DNA of 64,000 nucleotides from an uncultured virus (IMG/VR IMGVR_UViG_2690315925_000005) (IMGVR_UViG_2690315925_000005); one strand, 5' to 3'; shown: positions 20,120 to 30,550, numbered from the stretch's first letter. Made by a program: numbers and translations. The notes: generated by a model not told the origin, from the letters alone.

Positions 20120-22021
20120 CTATATGGGTTTGGGCAGCGATGTCAGCGGGTAGAAGCGACGGTCATCGGCAATCACGCCGGTGACCGCGCCGAGCTCGTA
20201 GCCCGTCAGGTAGTTGAGCGTGCCGGTGTAGGGCCCGGGGATCGACACGCAGTAGCGGCCCTTGCAGTAGTTCCAGCCCCCGCTCCAATCGAAGCCGAGG
20301 AAATCGGTCACGCCTTGGCGTTGGACCATGGCTGTTCTGAGGCTTGCGGCGGCCGAGAAGAAGACCAGGCCCTCGCGCGGGTGTTTGCGCCAGATCACGC
20401 CGTGCTGCGTACCGTCGCGCGGCCCCCATCCAGAGCCCGACGCGCCGGTCCAGTAGTTCCCGAAAACGAGACCGTCAACGACACCGCCAGGGGCCCGCGT
20501 GTCGAGCCCGAGGAAAGGGGCTGGCAGGCCACTGGCTGGGTCCCAGTCCACGGCCTCGATCTCGCCGTACAGCAATCGCCCGCCCATGTATGCGAATGGT
20601 TGAATGCTGTGGACACCATTCACGCCCTGGATCCGCCAACCGGAGTAGAGGTTGTGGCGAAGATCCATGTACGCCAGGAGGTGATAGTCCTGGCGATCGT
20701 TGCCGACGGAGAAATCCCTGTCGATCAACGGCAGTTCACCGCCATCAAACTCCAACACGACGAGCACGCGAAGGGTCCCGCGGTACCCAGTCGCCTCGGT
20801 GGCGACCTGCCCCTGGCTCAGGCGCAGCGCAAGGAAGGCATCCCTGCGCTCAGAACCGGCATAGTCGGAAGCCACCAGGCCACGAGTCGGCGCGACCAGC
20901 GCGAAGGCCCCAAGGGCGTTGGTGTAGTCGCCGATCAGGTAGTCGGCCCGGCTCAGTCTATGGTCGATACCGACGCCGGAGATTTCCACCTCCTGCGTCA
21001 TCGTATTGACCAGGCCGAACACCGTGGTCGGTTCACTGCTCACCGTGCGAATTGCCTTGGTCCCATCAGCATTGAAGAACCAGGGCAGCGCAGCGTCGTT
21101 GAAACCGTTCGCGGACGATTCGTCCTGTGGATTGATCCTGCCCGGTGTCATTCCAAGGAGGCGGTGGCTGCCCTGCACCACTTCCCAATCACCCTTTTCG
21201 GGCGTTCCCTCGCTCCGAGTGACCCTGAACACAACGAACGCCGATTGAGCTGTGGTCGGTTGGTTGATCACATAGTGGGTGAACGTCACCACCAGCTCAT
21301 GATGTCCATCCGCCCCCCTGCGCAGGCAACCGGACGTCAGCCGCCAGGACAGATAGTCCGGAGGTGTATCGACCATCGCATCCCGATAGGCAATGCGATC
21401 GAACAGGATCTGGCCCTGCTGGAAGATCCAGCGCGCGCCGTCGTCGATCAGGGTCAGGTCGCGGAGGTACCGGACGCCATACCCATAGAAGGACAGAGCC
21501 AGATCCCGACCGTCCTTCCAGTCGACGTTGCCGAAGAAGTGGAGACCGGCGGGATAGCGGTCTGGCTGGTTGTAGCTCTCGTAGCGAGCCCCGGTGATGC
21601 TGTCGACAACGTCCCAGCGTTTCCAGTAGCGCGTGATCAGGCGTCGGCCGCTCAACTCGAGCCAGGCCGACGGGTTCTCACCGGTGGGGTCCACTTGTGA
21701 GCCGCGGTCGGCCGGATCACCCGTGTGCACATTCCAGCGAGGCCACAGGATGAAGCCGCCCATGGGTTCAAGTGGCTCGAGCGGCGGTTCCGGCTCCGGC
21801 GTGATGATCGTCAACCGCGTCAGTTCACCGATCTTCTCGGCCACGATAAGGGTTCCGTCATCCGCTTCCTGCCTTGCACTGGCGATCCCCAGCCCATTGC
21901 GAGCGGCCTCCTGCGTTACGAATCCCAGTAGCTTCCTTCCCGCCGGCATATGCAGCGAGGCGGCCGCCCGATCGCCAACCACCACGATCGGCGTCCAGCC
22001 GGTATGCCGCCCGCCGCTCAT
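20120..22021 (-). CDS. Putative tail protein
   Basis: 633 aa, coupled to upstream gene. Confidence 0.7.
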   Translation of the reverse strand: MSGGRHTGWTPIVVVGDRAAASLHMPAGRKLLGFVTQEAARNGLGIASARQEADDGTLIVAEKIGELTRLTIITPEPEPPLEPLEPMGGFILWPRWNVHTGDPADRGSQVDPTGENPSAWLELSGRRLITRYWKRWDVVDSITGARYESYNQPDRYPAGLHFFGNVDWKDGRDLALSFYGYGVRYLRDLTLIDDGARWIFQQGQILFDRIAYRDAMVDTPPDYLSWRLTSGCLRRGADGHHELVVTFTHYVINQPTTAQSAFVVFRVTRSEGTPEKGDWEVVQGSHRLLGMTPGRINPQDESSANGFNDAALPWFFNADGTKAIRTVSSEPTTVFGLVNTMTQEVEISGVGIDHRLSRADYLIGDYTNALGAFALVAPTRGLVASDYAGSERRDAFLALRLSQGQVATEATGYRGTLRVLVVLEFDGGELPLIDRDFSVGNDRQDYHLLAYMDLRHNLYSGWRIQGVNGVHSIQPFAYMGGRLLYGEIEAVDWDPASGLPAPFLGLDTRAPGGVVDGLVFGNYWTGASGSGWGPRDGTQHGVIWRKHPREGLVFFSAAASLRTAMVQRQGVTDFLGFDWSGGWNYCKGRYCVSIPGPYTGTLNYLTGYELGAVTGVIADDRRFYPLTSLPKPI

Positions 22022-22653
22022 TACGAGACGTCACCCCCATCCTTGGCAGAGAGCACGTACTCGATCGCCAGCTTGTCGCCGGCGAGCTGGTTGGTGCGCG
22101 GGGTCGCGAACCGGGTCGCTGCAATCAGGATGTTCGCGGTTGCGCCCTTTGCCGATCCGGTCAGCAGCCCGATGCCGTACAGGTTGTAGGGACCGCCTGC
22201 GGAATAGGTCAAAGTCGCTGCAGCCAGTGCAGCCGTGTTGCCGATGGCTTCTGCCGTGGACGGCGTGGTAGTCCAGGGCAGTCGGGTCGCCGGGGCGTAG
22301 GCCGTGAATTCGGAGGCCACGTCCTTGAACGTACTGCCCTTCCAGTCGGCTGCAGGGGTGACATTTCCCGTGAAGGGGGCCAGGTAGAAAGCGGTCTGCT
22401 GACTGCCACCACCCATTCCGGCGTTCAGCAGATAGTTCAGGCCTTCGTTGACCAGGCGGTTCGGGTCGATCTGCCATGGACCGAGCTCGCCACCAGCAGG
22501 CGCGTGCGCGTGCCGGAAGATGCCGCCGATGCTGACGCGCGCGCCGGGAATGTAGATACCCGATTCGCACCGTTCGTACTTGTGCTGGCGGATCGCGCGA
22601 ATTGCATCGCGCCCCACCGCGCCCAGGGATTGCAGGGCCTTCATGACGTTCAT
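22021..22653 (-). CDS. Putative virion structural protein
   Basis: NRLVNEGLNYLL motif seen in phage tail-associated proteins; AAGGAG SD. Confidence 0.7.
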   Translation of the reverse strand: MNVMKALQSLGAVGRDAIRAIRQHKYERCESGIYIPGARVSIGGIFRHAHAPAGGELGPWQIDPNRLVNEGLNYLLNAGMGGGSQQTAFYLAPFTGNVTPAADWKGSTFKDVASEFTAYAPATRLPWTTTPSTAEAIGNTAALAAATLTYSAGGPYNLYGIGLLTGSAKGATANILIAATRFATPRTNQLAGDKLAIEYVLSAKDGGDVS

Positions 22654-22672
22654 CGATTTGCTCCTTCGGTGG

Positions 22673-22846
22673 TTACCATTTGCCCGCGGGGCAGGAGGCC
22701 CCTTGGAATCGGGTCTTGCTTGCCAGGGGGCAGCTGCAGAGGCTGCAGCGCAGGAAGAGGCGACGTCCTACACGCTCGGCGTTCGGACAGGCGCGGCAGA
22801 TCTCCAGGCGACGCTTCACGTCGTCCGGTTTGGCCAACAGAGTCAT
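22673..22846 (-). CDS. Small Cys-rich protein (57 aa), absent from the ORF track
   Basis: MTLLAKPDDVKRRLEICRACPNAERVGRRLFLRCSLCSCPLASKTRFQGASCPAGKW; fills the operon gap exactly. Confidence 0.8.
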   Translation of the reverse strand: MTLLAKPDDVKRRLEICRACPNAERVGRRLFLRCSLCSCPLASKTRFQGASCPAGKW

Positions 22847-22849
22847 GGG

Positions 22850-24163
22850 TCAGGGATCCCGGTGGATGACGTGGGCGACGGCCCGATCGGTCACGGCCAG
22901 CGACTGGCCTTGCGGTGCCCGCAGCGCGGCAACCAGCTGGCTGAGTCCGTCCTGCTGACGCAGCAGCACTGCGGCATGGTCTGCGTCATCGATGACCGCC
23001 TCCCCCTTCTTCAGCACCTGAACCTGACCGCCAGGCAGACCGATGCAGAAATAGCCGTCACGCGCGAGCCAGATCAGAACGGGTGCTGCGGACTGCAGAC
23101 CGATCACGTCGCCGTTGACGACCACGGCCGATCCGGGAACCGCGCCGCTGCCGCGCGCCACCGTCTGACTGAAGTCCTTGGGATCGGCGCCGGCATACCA
23201 ATAGGTACGCGCGCCGGCGGCGACGTAGAGGCCCGCTCCATCGGGAGACCCATCGCCAATAGGCTCCATCAAGTCGATCGGAGCATTGAACCGCATGCGG
23301 TTGGCCGACGGTCGGAACAAGCCGTAGCGCAGTGCTTCCGACCACAGGACTTCTTGGCCGCATGCGACGAACTGCCGGCCGTGCCCACCGCGCACGATGT
23401 GGCCTGCCGGTAGGGGCCGCAGGAACTGAGTAGTGAGCGCCCTGCCCTCACCGGGCGACAGCACCGGTGCCGAGCGGGTACCGGCCGGAAGAATGGCGTA
23501 CTGCCGCATCACCTGGTCGTTCGGACCGGAGACGTAGATCGCAGCCGACACCGTGCCCGGTGCCAACGGCAGCGGTATGTCAGTCAGCACCAGGCCGCCG
23601 CCTTCGGCAACGTCGATCGCCGCGGCCAGCGTGCTGCCGGACTCGCGGCCGAGCCGGTCCAAGAACGTCACCGCGACCTGGTACTGCCCTGGTGCGAGGG
23701 CACTGCCGGCCGCCGACACGAGGACGGGCTGTCCCGCTGGGTGCTCAGGCGCCCAGGGATGCCCCTGCAGGTCGATGTCCAGGAATCCACTTGCCGTGCT
23801 GTTGCTGAAGAAAACGCGGTCGCCGATCAGCGCGTAGCTCAAGGGGTCCAAGCCCACCGCGATGCCCAGCGGCTCTACACGCTCGTCCTCGTGCAGAGCA
23901 TGGAGCCGGCCACCGTCGACAAAAAGCCCGTACTGCAGCAGCTCGTGGCCCCACAACGAGTGAGTCAGCGTCCCGGGGTGAAAGCGCTGATGCCCGCGCC
24001 GGCGCTGCGGCCGGCCTGCGGCGTCCAGGTCGACATTGTCGGCCTCGCGTAGCGCGCGCGGGATGCCGTCGTCATCGGTCGGTAGCGCCCCCTCTCCGGC
24101 CACGTTGTTGATGCCCAGTGGCCACGGGCCACCAGGGCGGAGATCTTCATCGCGAACGGGCAT
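22850..24163 (-). CDS. Putative tail tube/stabilisation protein
   Basis: Start MPVRDED; beta-rich; follows the adaptor gene. Confidence 0.65.
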   Translation of the reverse strand: MPVRDEDLRPGGPWPLGINNVAGEGALPTDDDGIPRALREADNVDLDAAGRPQRRRGHQRFHPGTLTHSLWGHELLQYGLFVDGGRLHALHEDERVEPLGIAVGLDPLSYALIGDRVFFSNSTASGFLDIDLQGHPWAPEHPAGQPVLVSAAGSALAPGQYQVAVTFLDRLGRESGSTLAAAIDVAEGGGLVLTDIPLPLAPGTVSAAIYVSGPNDQVMRQYAILPAGTRSAPVLSPGEGRALTTQFLRPLPAGHIVRGGHGRQFVACGQEVLWSEALRYGLFRPSANRMRFNAPIDLMEPIGDGSPDGAGLYVAAGARTYWYAGADPKDFSQTVARGSGAVPGSAVVVNGDVIGLQSAAPVLIWLARDGYFCIGLPGGQVQVLKKGEAVIDDADHAAVLLRQQDGLSQLVAALRAPQGQSLAVTDRAVAHVIHRDP

Positions 24164-24164
24164 G

Positions 24165-24845
24165 TCAGAACCACATGGGTTGGGTGCCGGTGGTCGGGTC
24201 GATCGACAGCTGCTGCAGCGCGCGCGCGGTGGGCCGCTCACCGAAGTAGCTCTCGAACAGTGCGAGGTGGCGATCGGCGTCCGCAGTGCTCCGCTGCTCG
24301 GAATCGCGCTTGTTCAGGGCCCGCCAGCAGGCCCAGTGCACCAGCTTCCGGTGGTGGATGGCATCGATCACCGGCTCGTCCTCGCTGTCTTCCATCGCCT
24401 CTGCAGCCTCCGGCACGCGCCAGAGAGTGAGCTGCAACACGTCCGACTCCGCCGGTACCGGACTGACAGATACCTCACGGGCCTGCCGATCGCGCACCAG
24501 GTACTCCGGGCGCCCTGCCTCGGTGCGCCAGTGGCAGTGCCGTCCGTCGAGAGCGGTGCTGGTGGTCCTGCAGAGCGGGTCGGACAGGTTGCTGGCCAGC
24601 ACCGCGCGCCGAACCACGTACACGGTCGGATGAAGCGTGTAGTCAGCCCGACCGGGCTCAAGGTTGATGTGGCAAATATCGGGGCGGCCGCTCTCCACGA
24701 GCAGCCGCGCCCGAATGCACGCCTCTTCCACAGCTTCGTTGAGATGGCGGGTCAGCGCGGCGTCACTCCACAGGTAAGGAGCCACGTCGTCGTCGAGCTC
24801 TTCCCGGCATTCCTCGATCAACTGGCTGAGGGTGCGCGCCTCCAC
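24165..24845 (-). CDS. Putative head-tail adaptor
   Basis: LDDDVAPYLWSDAALTRHLNEA motif. Confidence 0.7.
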   Translation of the reverse strand: MEARTLSQLIEECREELDDDVAPYLWSDAALTRHLNEAVEEACIRARLLVESGRPDICHINLEPGRADYTLHPTVYVVRRAVLASNLSDPLCRTTSTALDGRHCHWRTEAGRPEYLVRDRQAREVSVSPVPAESDVLQLTLWRVPEAAEAMEDSEDEPVIDAIHHRKLVHWACWRALNKRDSEQRSTADADRHLALFESYFGERPTARALQQLSIDPTTGTQPMWF

Positions 24846-24846
24846 G

Positions 24847-25410
24847 TCAGGCTTCCTCGAGCGCCTGGCTCAGCACCTTCAGGGTGGTGCCGCGCTGGTC
24901 GGGCTCCGGCTTGGCCAGCTCCAGATCGAGGGCGGCTTTGATCACGACCTTGGCGATGCCGCCCTTGGCCAACTCCGCCTTCAGCTTCTGCCAGCTCAGG
25001 CCGTTCAGTTGGGCTGCCGCTTCGACGATCTCCGGCGGCAGCGTAGCTGCGACGTTCGCGCCTGCCGGCGGCTCACTGCTGCCGGTGTTGGAGCTCGTGG
25101 TGGTGCTGGCGCCTGAGCCATCGCCGCCGGCATCGGTACCGGTGCTGCTGACAACCGGCGCCGTTGGCGGTTCCCGGCCTGCGGCCGAGTCGACCGGCGC
25201 TACCGGCTTGCTGGTGGTCTGCAGGCTCTGGGCCCTGGCGATGTAGTAGGCCTCCGGAATGCCCAGCAGCCGCTGGATGTGGTCGGAGTTTTCGACGTCG
25301 GCGACGTGCTCCGAATCGGCATTGGCCGGGTCGATCGGCACGAAGAAGTAGACAGTGCCGTCCAGCTCAACGGGCGCTTTCGGGCGCTTGAACTTGCATG
25401 CAATCAGCAT
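24847..25410 (-). CDS. Phage hypothetical protein
   Basis: 187 aa with AGGAG SD. Confidence 0.7.
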   Translation of the reverse strand: MLIACKFKRPKAPVELDGTVYFFVPIDPANADSEHVADVENSDHIQRLLGIPEAYYIARAQSLQTTSKPVAPVDSAAGREPPTAPVVSSTGTDAGGDGSGASTTTSSNTGSSEPPAGANVAATLPPEIVEAAAQLNGLSWQKLKAELAKGGIAKVVIKAALDLELAKPEPDQRGTTLKVLSQALEEA

Positions 25411-25464
25411 GGGATGCTCCTGGTAGGCGGGGCTGCAGCTGCAGCCCCGCTACGGTTGGGTGGC

Positions 25465-25911
25465 TCAGGCCGGGAACGCGGCCAGGCGCAGGATCAGCTC
25501 GCCCTGCTGGGCGCCCGGGGCGGTGTTGAGCTTCACGTACACCGGACGATTCACCGGCTTGGAGCCCAAGGCCTCCGCGACCAGGTGCAGGGACATCGGA
25601 ATGAACGCAGCGGTGTCCGCCACCACTGCGGTCGGAGCAATGACGGTGTTGCCAGCCGCCGAGGTGCCGTCGATCGCGTCCGGGATGAAGACAGTGATGT
25701 TCTGCGCAGCCAACTTGCCGGCGGCGTCCAGCTTGGCGAACAGGCCCGAGGCCTGGCTGTGCAGCTTGTGATTGGCCGGCAGCTCGCCGATCAGGACCAG
25801 ATCGCCATCCGCTCCGGCCTCGACCGGCCAGCTGTAGTCGTTGACCACCAGCAGGCCGGCGGCAGGCGACGATGCGCCGCTGTTGCGGCCAATTGCGAGT
25901 TTCGTGGACAT
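25465..25911 (-). CDS. Putative capsid decoration/virion protein
   Basis: 148 aa directly after major capsid; AGGAG SD. Confidence 0.65.
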   Translation of the reverse strand: MSTKLAIGRNSGASSPAAGLLVVNDYSWPVEAGADGDLVLIGELPANHKLHSQASGLFAKLDAAGKLAAQNITVFIPDAIDGTSAAGNTVIAPTAVVADTAAFIPMSLHLVAEALGSKPVNRPVYVKLNTAPGAQQGELILRLAAFPA

Positions 25912-25945
25912 GGATTTCTCCTGTTAAGAACTTGGTTTCTGAACG

Positions 25946-25973
25946 CAAGAGCCCCGGCATGCCGGGGCTCTTG
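25946..25973 (-). terminator. Hairpin after major capsid gene
   Basis: Perfect palindrome CAAGAGCCCCGGCATGCCGGGGCTCTTG. Confidence 0.7.
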
Positions 25974-25982
25974 GTTTGCGGC

Positions 25983-27092
25983 TTACTGCGGGTTCGGATC
26001 GGCCGCGGCGGTATCCAGGGCGATCGTGCCGAAGTCCTTGCCGTTGAAGCGCGTCTTCTTGATGCCGAAGATCGCACCGGCGCAGATCTCGATGTCGTTG
26101 CCGTGGTCGAGCGGAACCTCGGACCAGTCGAAGCGCAGGCCGTTGCCCGGCGAACCGAAGGCCAGTACCAGGGCCTGACGGCCCAGGTACAGCGCGCGAG
26201 CCGCGGCAACGTTTCCGCCGGCACCGTAGTCCCCGAAGCGCACCACGGACTTGTGCTTGTGCAGGATCGTGTTGCCGATCATGCCCAGGTTGTCCTTGAA
26301 GATCGGGTTGCTGGCACCTTCGGCGGCGGCTGCCGCCTTCTGGATGTCCAGCCAGTTGCCCGGATCCGTGGAGGTCTTCAGGTCATGCGCCTGGAACGGG
26401 TGCATGACGGTGACGAAGTGCTCGCCGCCGGCGATGGTGATCGGCTGGATCTCGGCCACCTGGGTCGAACCACCGCCCTGCGAAGCGGCCTTGGTGTTGG
26501 CGCGCTCGATCAGGACACGGCTCATCTTGCCGGCCGAGGTGAGCGATGCCTTGCTGGCGCCGTCGCCGAACAGGATGTGCGAGCTGTCCGGTGTTTCGAA
26601 CGGGTTGCCAGCACGACCGGCGTAGTTCAGCGGGACGTTGTAGTCCTCGTTGATGCCGCGGGCGCCCGAGCCGTACATGAAGAACAGCTCGTCGTAGAAG
26701 CGCGCCCAGAACTCGGTCAGCCGGTTGCGGCCGACCTTGCGCAGGTCGTGGACGGTGCGCTTGCGGCTCATGCGGCCGCCGCAGCTGACCGGCTTACGGG
26801 CCTGGTCGATGAAGACCTTGTCGGTGAAGAAGTCGAGCTTCTCGCCCTTGCCCTCGGCCTTCTGGTCGCCTTCGATGACGCCACCGGACAGCTGCACGGA
26901 CAGGTCGTAGCTGATGGTGTCGCCAGCTTCCTGCTCCAGGTCGGTCTGCAGCATGACCGGCATCGAGGTCTCCGACCCCTTGCCCATCATCTTGCGCGTC
27001 CAGTAGGACTGTTTGGATACCGAAACCATGAGGTCCGCAGACCACAGCTTCCGGGCCTTGGGGTCGTTCAGACCCACGATCGTCTGTGCCAT
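25983..27092 (-). CDS. Major capsid protein, N4-gp56 family
   Basis: TDLEQEAGDTISYDL, IDQARKPV, GRMSRKRTVHDLR and KKTRFNGKDFG motifs. Confidence 0.9.
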   Translation of the reverse strand: MAQTIVGLNDPKARKLWSADLMVSVSKQSYWTRKMMGKGSETSMPVMLQTDLEQEAGDTISYDLSVQLSGGVIEGDQKAEGKGEKLDFFTDKVFIDQARKPVSCGGRMSRKRTVHDLRKVGRNRLTEFWARFYDELFFMYGSGARGINEDYNVPLNYAGRAGNPFETPDSSHILFGDGASKASLTSAGKMSRVLIERANTKAASQGGGSTQVAEIQPITIAGGEHFVTVMHPFQAHDLKTSTDPGNWLDIQKAAAAAEGASNPIFKDNLGMIGNTILHKHKSVVRFGDYGAGGNVAAARALYLGRQALVLAFGSPGNGLRFDWSEVPLDHGNDIEICAGAIFGIKKTRFNGKDFGTIALDTAAADPNPQ

Positions 27093-27169
27093 GTTGCTTC
27101 TCCAGGGAGATCACGGCACTTCTGCGCCTCTGTCGTTGACCCGCACTACTGCGCAGGTTTTGAGGATGT

Positions 27170-27385
27170 TCAGCCCATCGCGGGCGTTGGCCGGCGCGCC
27201 ACTCGCTGTAGCGCACCGCCAGTGGGTTGCTGCTCACCGGCTCGGGTGATCGTCACCGGGGTGTTGGATTCGATGATCACACGGGAGCGCTTGCCGCTCT
27301 TCTCGGTGAACGTGATCGATGCGCCTGAGCCCGACGGGATCAGGACCACGTCGCCGGGCTCCAGGGTGGTGTGCAGCTTGGGCAT
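27170..27385 (-). CDS. Small CsrA-fold-like protein
   Basis: LEPGDVVLI..SITFTEKSGKRSRVIIESNTPVTITR follows the CsrA beta-strand pattern. Confidence 0.55.
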   Translation of the reverse strand: MPKLHTTLEPGDVVLIPSGSGASITFTEKSGKRSRVIIESNTPVTITRAGEQQPTGGALQRVARRPTPAMG

Positions 27386-27390
27386 GAGGC

Positions 27391-28392
27391 TCAGTTGTCC
27401 GCCACGAAGGAGCCCGGCACATCCCGCAGGATGCGATCGCGCTCGCTCTCCGACTTCCCGGCCAGGAACGACTCGATGTCCTCGATGTTGTCCATGCCGG
27501 CGGCAGCGTCAGCGGTCGATCGGGAGGTCGGGTCAGCTGCAGCCGGTACCGTGCTCAGTGTGGCCGGCACATCACCCAGCGGCGCGCTACGGTCCGGCTT
27601 CGTCGGGGGCGGCGCCACGGGGGGCGCGGTCGCGGCAGCTGATGCCGGCAGCAGACCCTCGGCCGCCAGCAGATCGCGCGCGCCGGCCAGGATGTCCCAG
27701 TCGGTGAGCTGTCGGCCAGCGGCTGCGGCTTCGTTGACCACCGACTGCATCGCCTGCTCCCATGCAGCGAAGCGGATCGGGCTTGCGGCGATCGCGGCAT
27801 TCTCCGGTCGGGAGAGGAACTGGCGCTGCAGGTACGCCCAGGACTGGTCGGCATTCTGCTGGCTGAGCTGCTGCTGCAGGGCGGCGATGTCCTGGGCGCG
27901 CTCGACGCGGCCGCGCTCGTCGCGCAGATCCTCGTACTGCTGCTCATACACCTCATCCTCGACGTCGCCGGCCTTGTACTTCTCCTTCAGGGCCTGCAGC
28001 TTGCCGTTGATCTCGCCGATCTCCTTGCCATAGTCGCGCTCGTCGGCCGCGTAGGTCGGCACGAAGGGCGTGGCCGGCGGCGGCTCGGACGTTGCTGGCG
28101 GCGCATGGGCCGTCCCATCTGCAGCAACTGCCGCGGCAGCGGCGGCCGCTGCATCAGGCTGTGCCGCACCGTCCGCCGGAGCGCCCGCCGCTGGCGCAGC
28201 TGAGCCTTCGGCCGGCGGCGTGGCAGTCGCGGTGGCGGTGGCGGCTGCCGACGCATCGGTGGTGCCAGTAGCTGCAGCGGCATCGCCAGGGGCGGCACCA
28301 TCAGCGCTGGCCAGCGCAGCGCGCTCACCCTCGGTCATTTCCAGTTCGTTCGCGGCCAGCGAATGCTGGCCCGCGTTGTCAGGCTGCTGCAT
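27391..28392 (-). CDS. Scaffolding protein
   Basis: Acidic, Ala-rich, coiled-coil; lies between portal and capsid. Confidence 0.7.
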   Translation of the reverse strand: MQQPDNAGQHSLAANELEMTEGERAALASADGAAPGDAAAATGTTDASAAATATATATPPAEGSAAPAAGAPADGAAQPDAAAAAAAAVAADGTAHAPPATSEPPPATPFVPTYAADERDYGKEIGEINGKLQALKEKYKAGDVEDEVYEQQYEDLRDERGRVERAQDIAALQQQLSQQNADQSWAYLQRQFLSRPENAAIAASPIRFAAWEQAMQSVVNEAAAAGRQLTDWDILAGARDLLAAEGLLPASAAATAPPVAPPPTKPDRSAPLGDVPATLSTVPAAADPTSRSTADAAAGMDNIEDIESFLAGKSESERDRILRDVPGSFVADN

Positions 28393-30550
28393 GAGCGGTT
28401 TCCTCGGGGGTCTGTTGGGTGCTCAGGAGGCGGTCTGCCGCCGGAGCGAGGGGGAGCAGGATCTCGATCAGCTCGGCAACGTTGAGCGCGTCACCCTTGG
28501 TCTTGATCTGCAATGCCTTGGCCTTGGCCATGATCTCTTCGCGCTTGGCCTCGTCCAGTCCGACCTTGGCCATGCGCTCGCGCAGGGCGACCTCGCGGTC
28601 CTGGGCTTCCTGCTGCTGACGCGCCTGCGCCTCGGGGCTCTCGACGTCCTGGTCGTTGTCCGATTGGCCGGTGATCTTGCGGATGCGCTGCACCACCTCG
28701 TCCTTGCCCGGCATATCGATCATGTCGAAGGCCAGGTCCAGCAGCTGGATGGACATCTCCGGTGGCAGCTTGCCCAGCATGTCGAAGAACTGCTCGGCGA
28801 AGGCCTGGCGCATGGACTCGCGGAAGTCCTGCTGGTCGACGATGAAGTCGGCCTGGTTGCGGCTGATGTCGTTGTCGACCACCCAAACGTTGTTGAGCGT
28901 GTCCAGGCGCAGCTGGTTGATGACCCGCCAGTCCAGACCCTTGCGCTCGCCAACGATCCGGAACTGCCGTTCCTCGGTCATGAACTGCTCGGTGAGCGAC
29001 AGCTGCTTCTCGCCGCTGAGCTGGATGCCCAGACGGTAGTTGTCGAACAGTTCCGCCGTACTCACGGCGCCTTCCTGCTGCTTGGCCAGGATCGCCCGGC
29101 CACTGGCCGCGTTGGTCTCGCGTCCCAGGAGCTCGCGGTTCACGCCGGTGCCGTCATGGATGTGCGCCGCATCGAGCTCCAGCAGCTTGATCTGCGCCTC
29201 TGCCACGTCGAGGTTGCGCTCCACCTTGATCCTGCCCAGTCCGTTGTTCTTAAGCGGGATAACGCCATTGGGCTTGGCGATCTCGCGCTTCACTTCCTCG
29301 ATGCGGTCCTCATCGATGGCGCCGTCCTCGTAGAACAGCTGATTGGTGCTCAGGGCCCAAAGCAGCTTGCTCATGCGCTTGTTCAGGTCTTCCTGCGAGT
29401 CGCGCACGCCGCGGACCAGGCCGTACTCCATCCCGTCGCGATTGCGGCGATAGCACCAGTACGGCGTGTAGGGGAACCGCCCGTGTCGGAAGGGGCTGCG
29501 TTTGAGCTGCAGAAGGCCGCCTTCGGTGAAGATCGCGCACCACATTTCCTCGACCACCGCGTCGGACAGCGAGTACACCGGGGAGGCCTCGCTCTTCATC
29601 GCCGCCAGCGCTACCTGGTGCTTCACGTTGTTCGGATCGAAGCGATCACCACGGAACTCGCCGCCCCAGAGCCGCTTGTGGGCGACCGGGCGCTTGAACC
29701 AGCACTCGATCAGGCGGACCCGCAGTCGACAGCGGCTGTCCAGGGAGGCCCTGCCGGTGATACGCCGCCCGGTCACGGTGTGCCCGCGGCTGTCGTAGCG
29801 ACGGAAGACCTGGGGGAGATCCAGCTCTTCGTCGAAGGCGCCATTGTCGCCGTCGTAGTGGTCCTGTGCAGCGCGGTTCACCAGCTCGATGCGGTCCGGG
29901 AACATTGCCTCCGCATAGTCCAGATCGGCGAATTTCTCCCGCAGCAGGAAGCGACAGTCGCTCAGGTCCAGCGCGCGACTGACCGGGTCCCGGCGCATCT
30001 GCCGCCAGGGAATGTGGCCCACCATCACCGGTTCGTCAGCGCGGTCGGTCCGGATGGACTCTTCGGTCCAACCGCAGCCCGCGATCGCGGCATCCTTGAA
30101 CGCCTGGCTGCGCGCCCACGGCACGCGGTTGGTGTCGCTGAGGTACTTCATCAGCTCCGACTTCACCGCGGCGATGTCGACGTCATCCTCGGCCCGCGGA
30201 TGCACGACGCCATCGATGCGGGTGCGGCGCTCGGTGCCGATGACCCAGTCGATGGCCATCTTGATCTTGTTGTAGGTCAGTGGCGCCTGGTGGCGGGCCG
30301 CCAGCACGGCACGGTCTTCCTCTGACCACTGGATGTGGTCGTAGAAGTCGTAGTCGAGCATCTGCTCGATGCGATTGTCGTAGAACGCATCGAGGGCCGT
30401 GTACCAGTAGTCCAGCACCTTCGCATGGAGACGGCGGTTCTCCAGACTGTCCAGCGGGTGGCCTTCCACGTCGGGCGGCGCCGCGGTGGCCACGTCGGCA
30501 GCGCCTGGGTCGTAGGCCGGCTCGCTGCGCAAGTTCTCGATCGTCTGCAT
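28379..30550 (-). CDS. Portal protein (P22-like)
   Basis: DFYDHIQW..PLTYNKIKMAIDWVIGTE, YGLVRGVRDSQEDLNKR and AASGRAI motifs. Confidence 0.9.
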   Translation of the reverse strand: MQTIENLRSEPAYDPGAADVATAAPPDVEGHPLDSLENRRLHAKVLDYWYTALDAFYDNRIEQMLDYDFYDHIQWSEEDRAVLAARHQAPLTYNKIKMAIDWVIGTERRTRIDGVVHPRAEDDVDIAAVKSELMKYLSDTNRVPWARSQAFKDAAIAGCGWTEESIRTDRADEPVMVGHIPWRQMRRDPVSRALDLSDCRFLLREKFADLDYAEAMFPDRIELVNRAAQDHYDGDNGAFDEELDLPQVFRRYDSRGHTVTGRRITGRASLDSRCRLRVRLIECWFKRPVAHKRLWGGEFRGDRFDPNNVKHQVALAAMKSEASPVYSLSDAVVEEMWCAIFTEGGLLQLKRSPFRHGRFPYTPYWCYRRNRDGMEYGLVRGVRDSQEDLNKRMSKLLWALSTNQLFYEDGAIDEDRIEEVKREIAKPNGVIPLKNNGLGRIKVERNLDVAEAQIKLLELDAAHIHDGTGVNRELLGRETNAASGRAILAKQQEGAVSTAELFDNYRLGIQLSGEKQLSLTEQFMTEERQFRIVGERKGLDWRVINQLRLDTLNNVWVVDNDISRNQADFIVDQQDFRESMRQAFAEQFFDMLGKLPPEMSIQLLDLAFDMIDMPGKDEVVQRIRKITGQSDNDQDVESPEAQARQQQEAQDREVALRERMAKVGLDEAKREEIMAKAKALQIKTKGDALNVAELIEILLPLAPAADRLLSTQQTPEETAHAAA

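Noticed and set aside
25872..30325. Long plus-strand ORFs (611 and 751 aa)
   Set aside because: Shadows of capsid and portal genes caused by codon bias.
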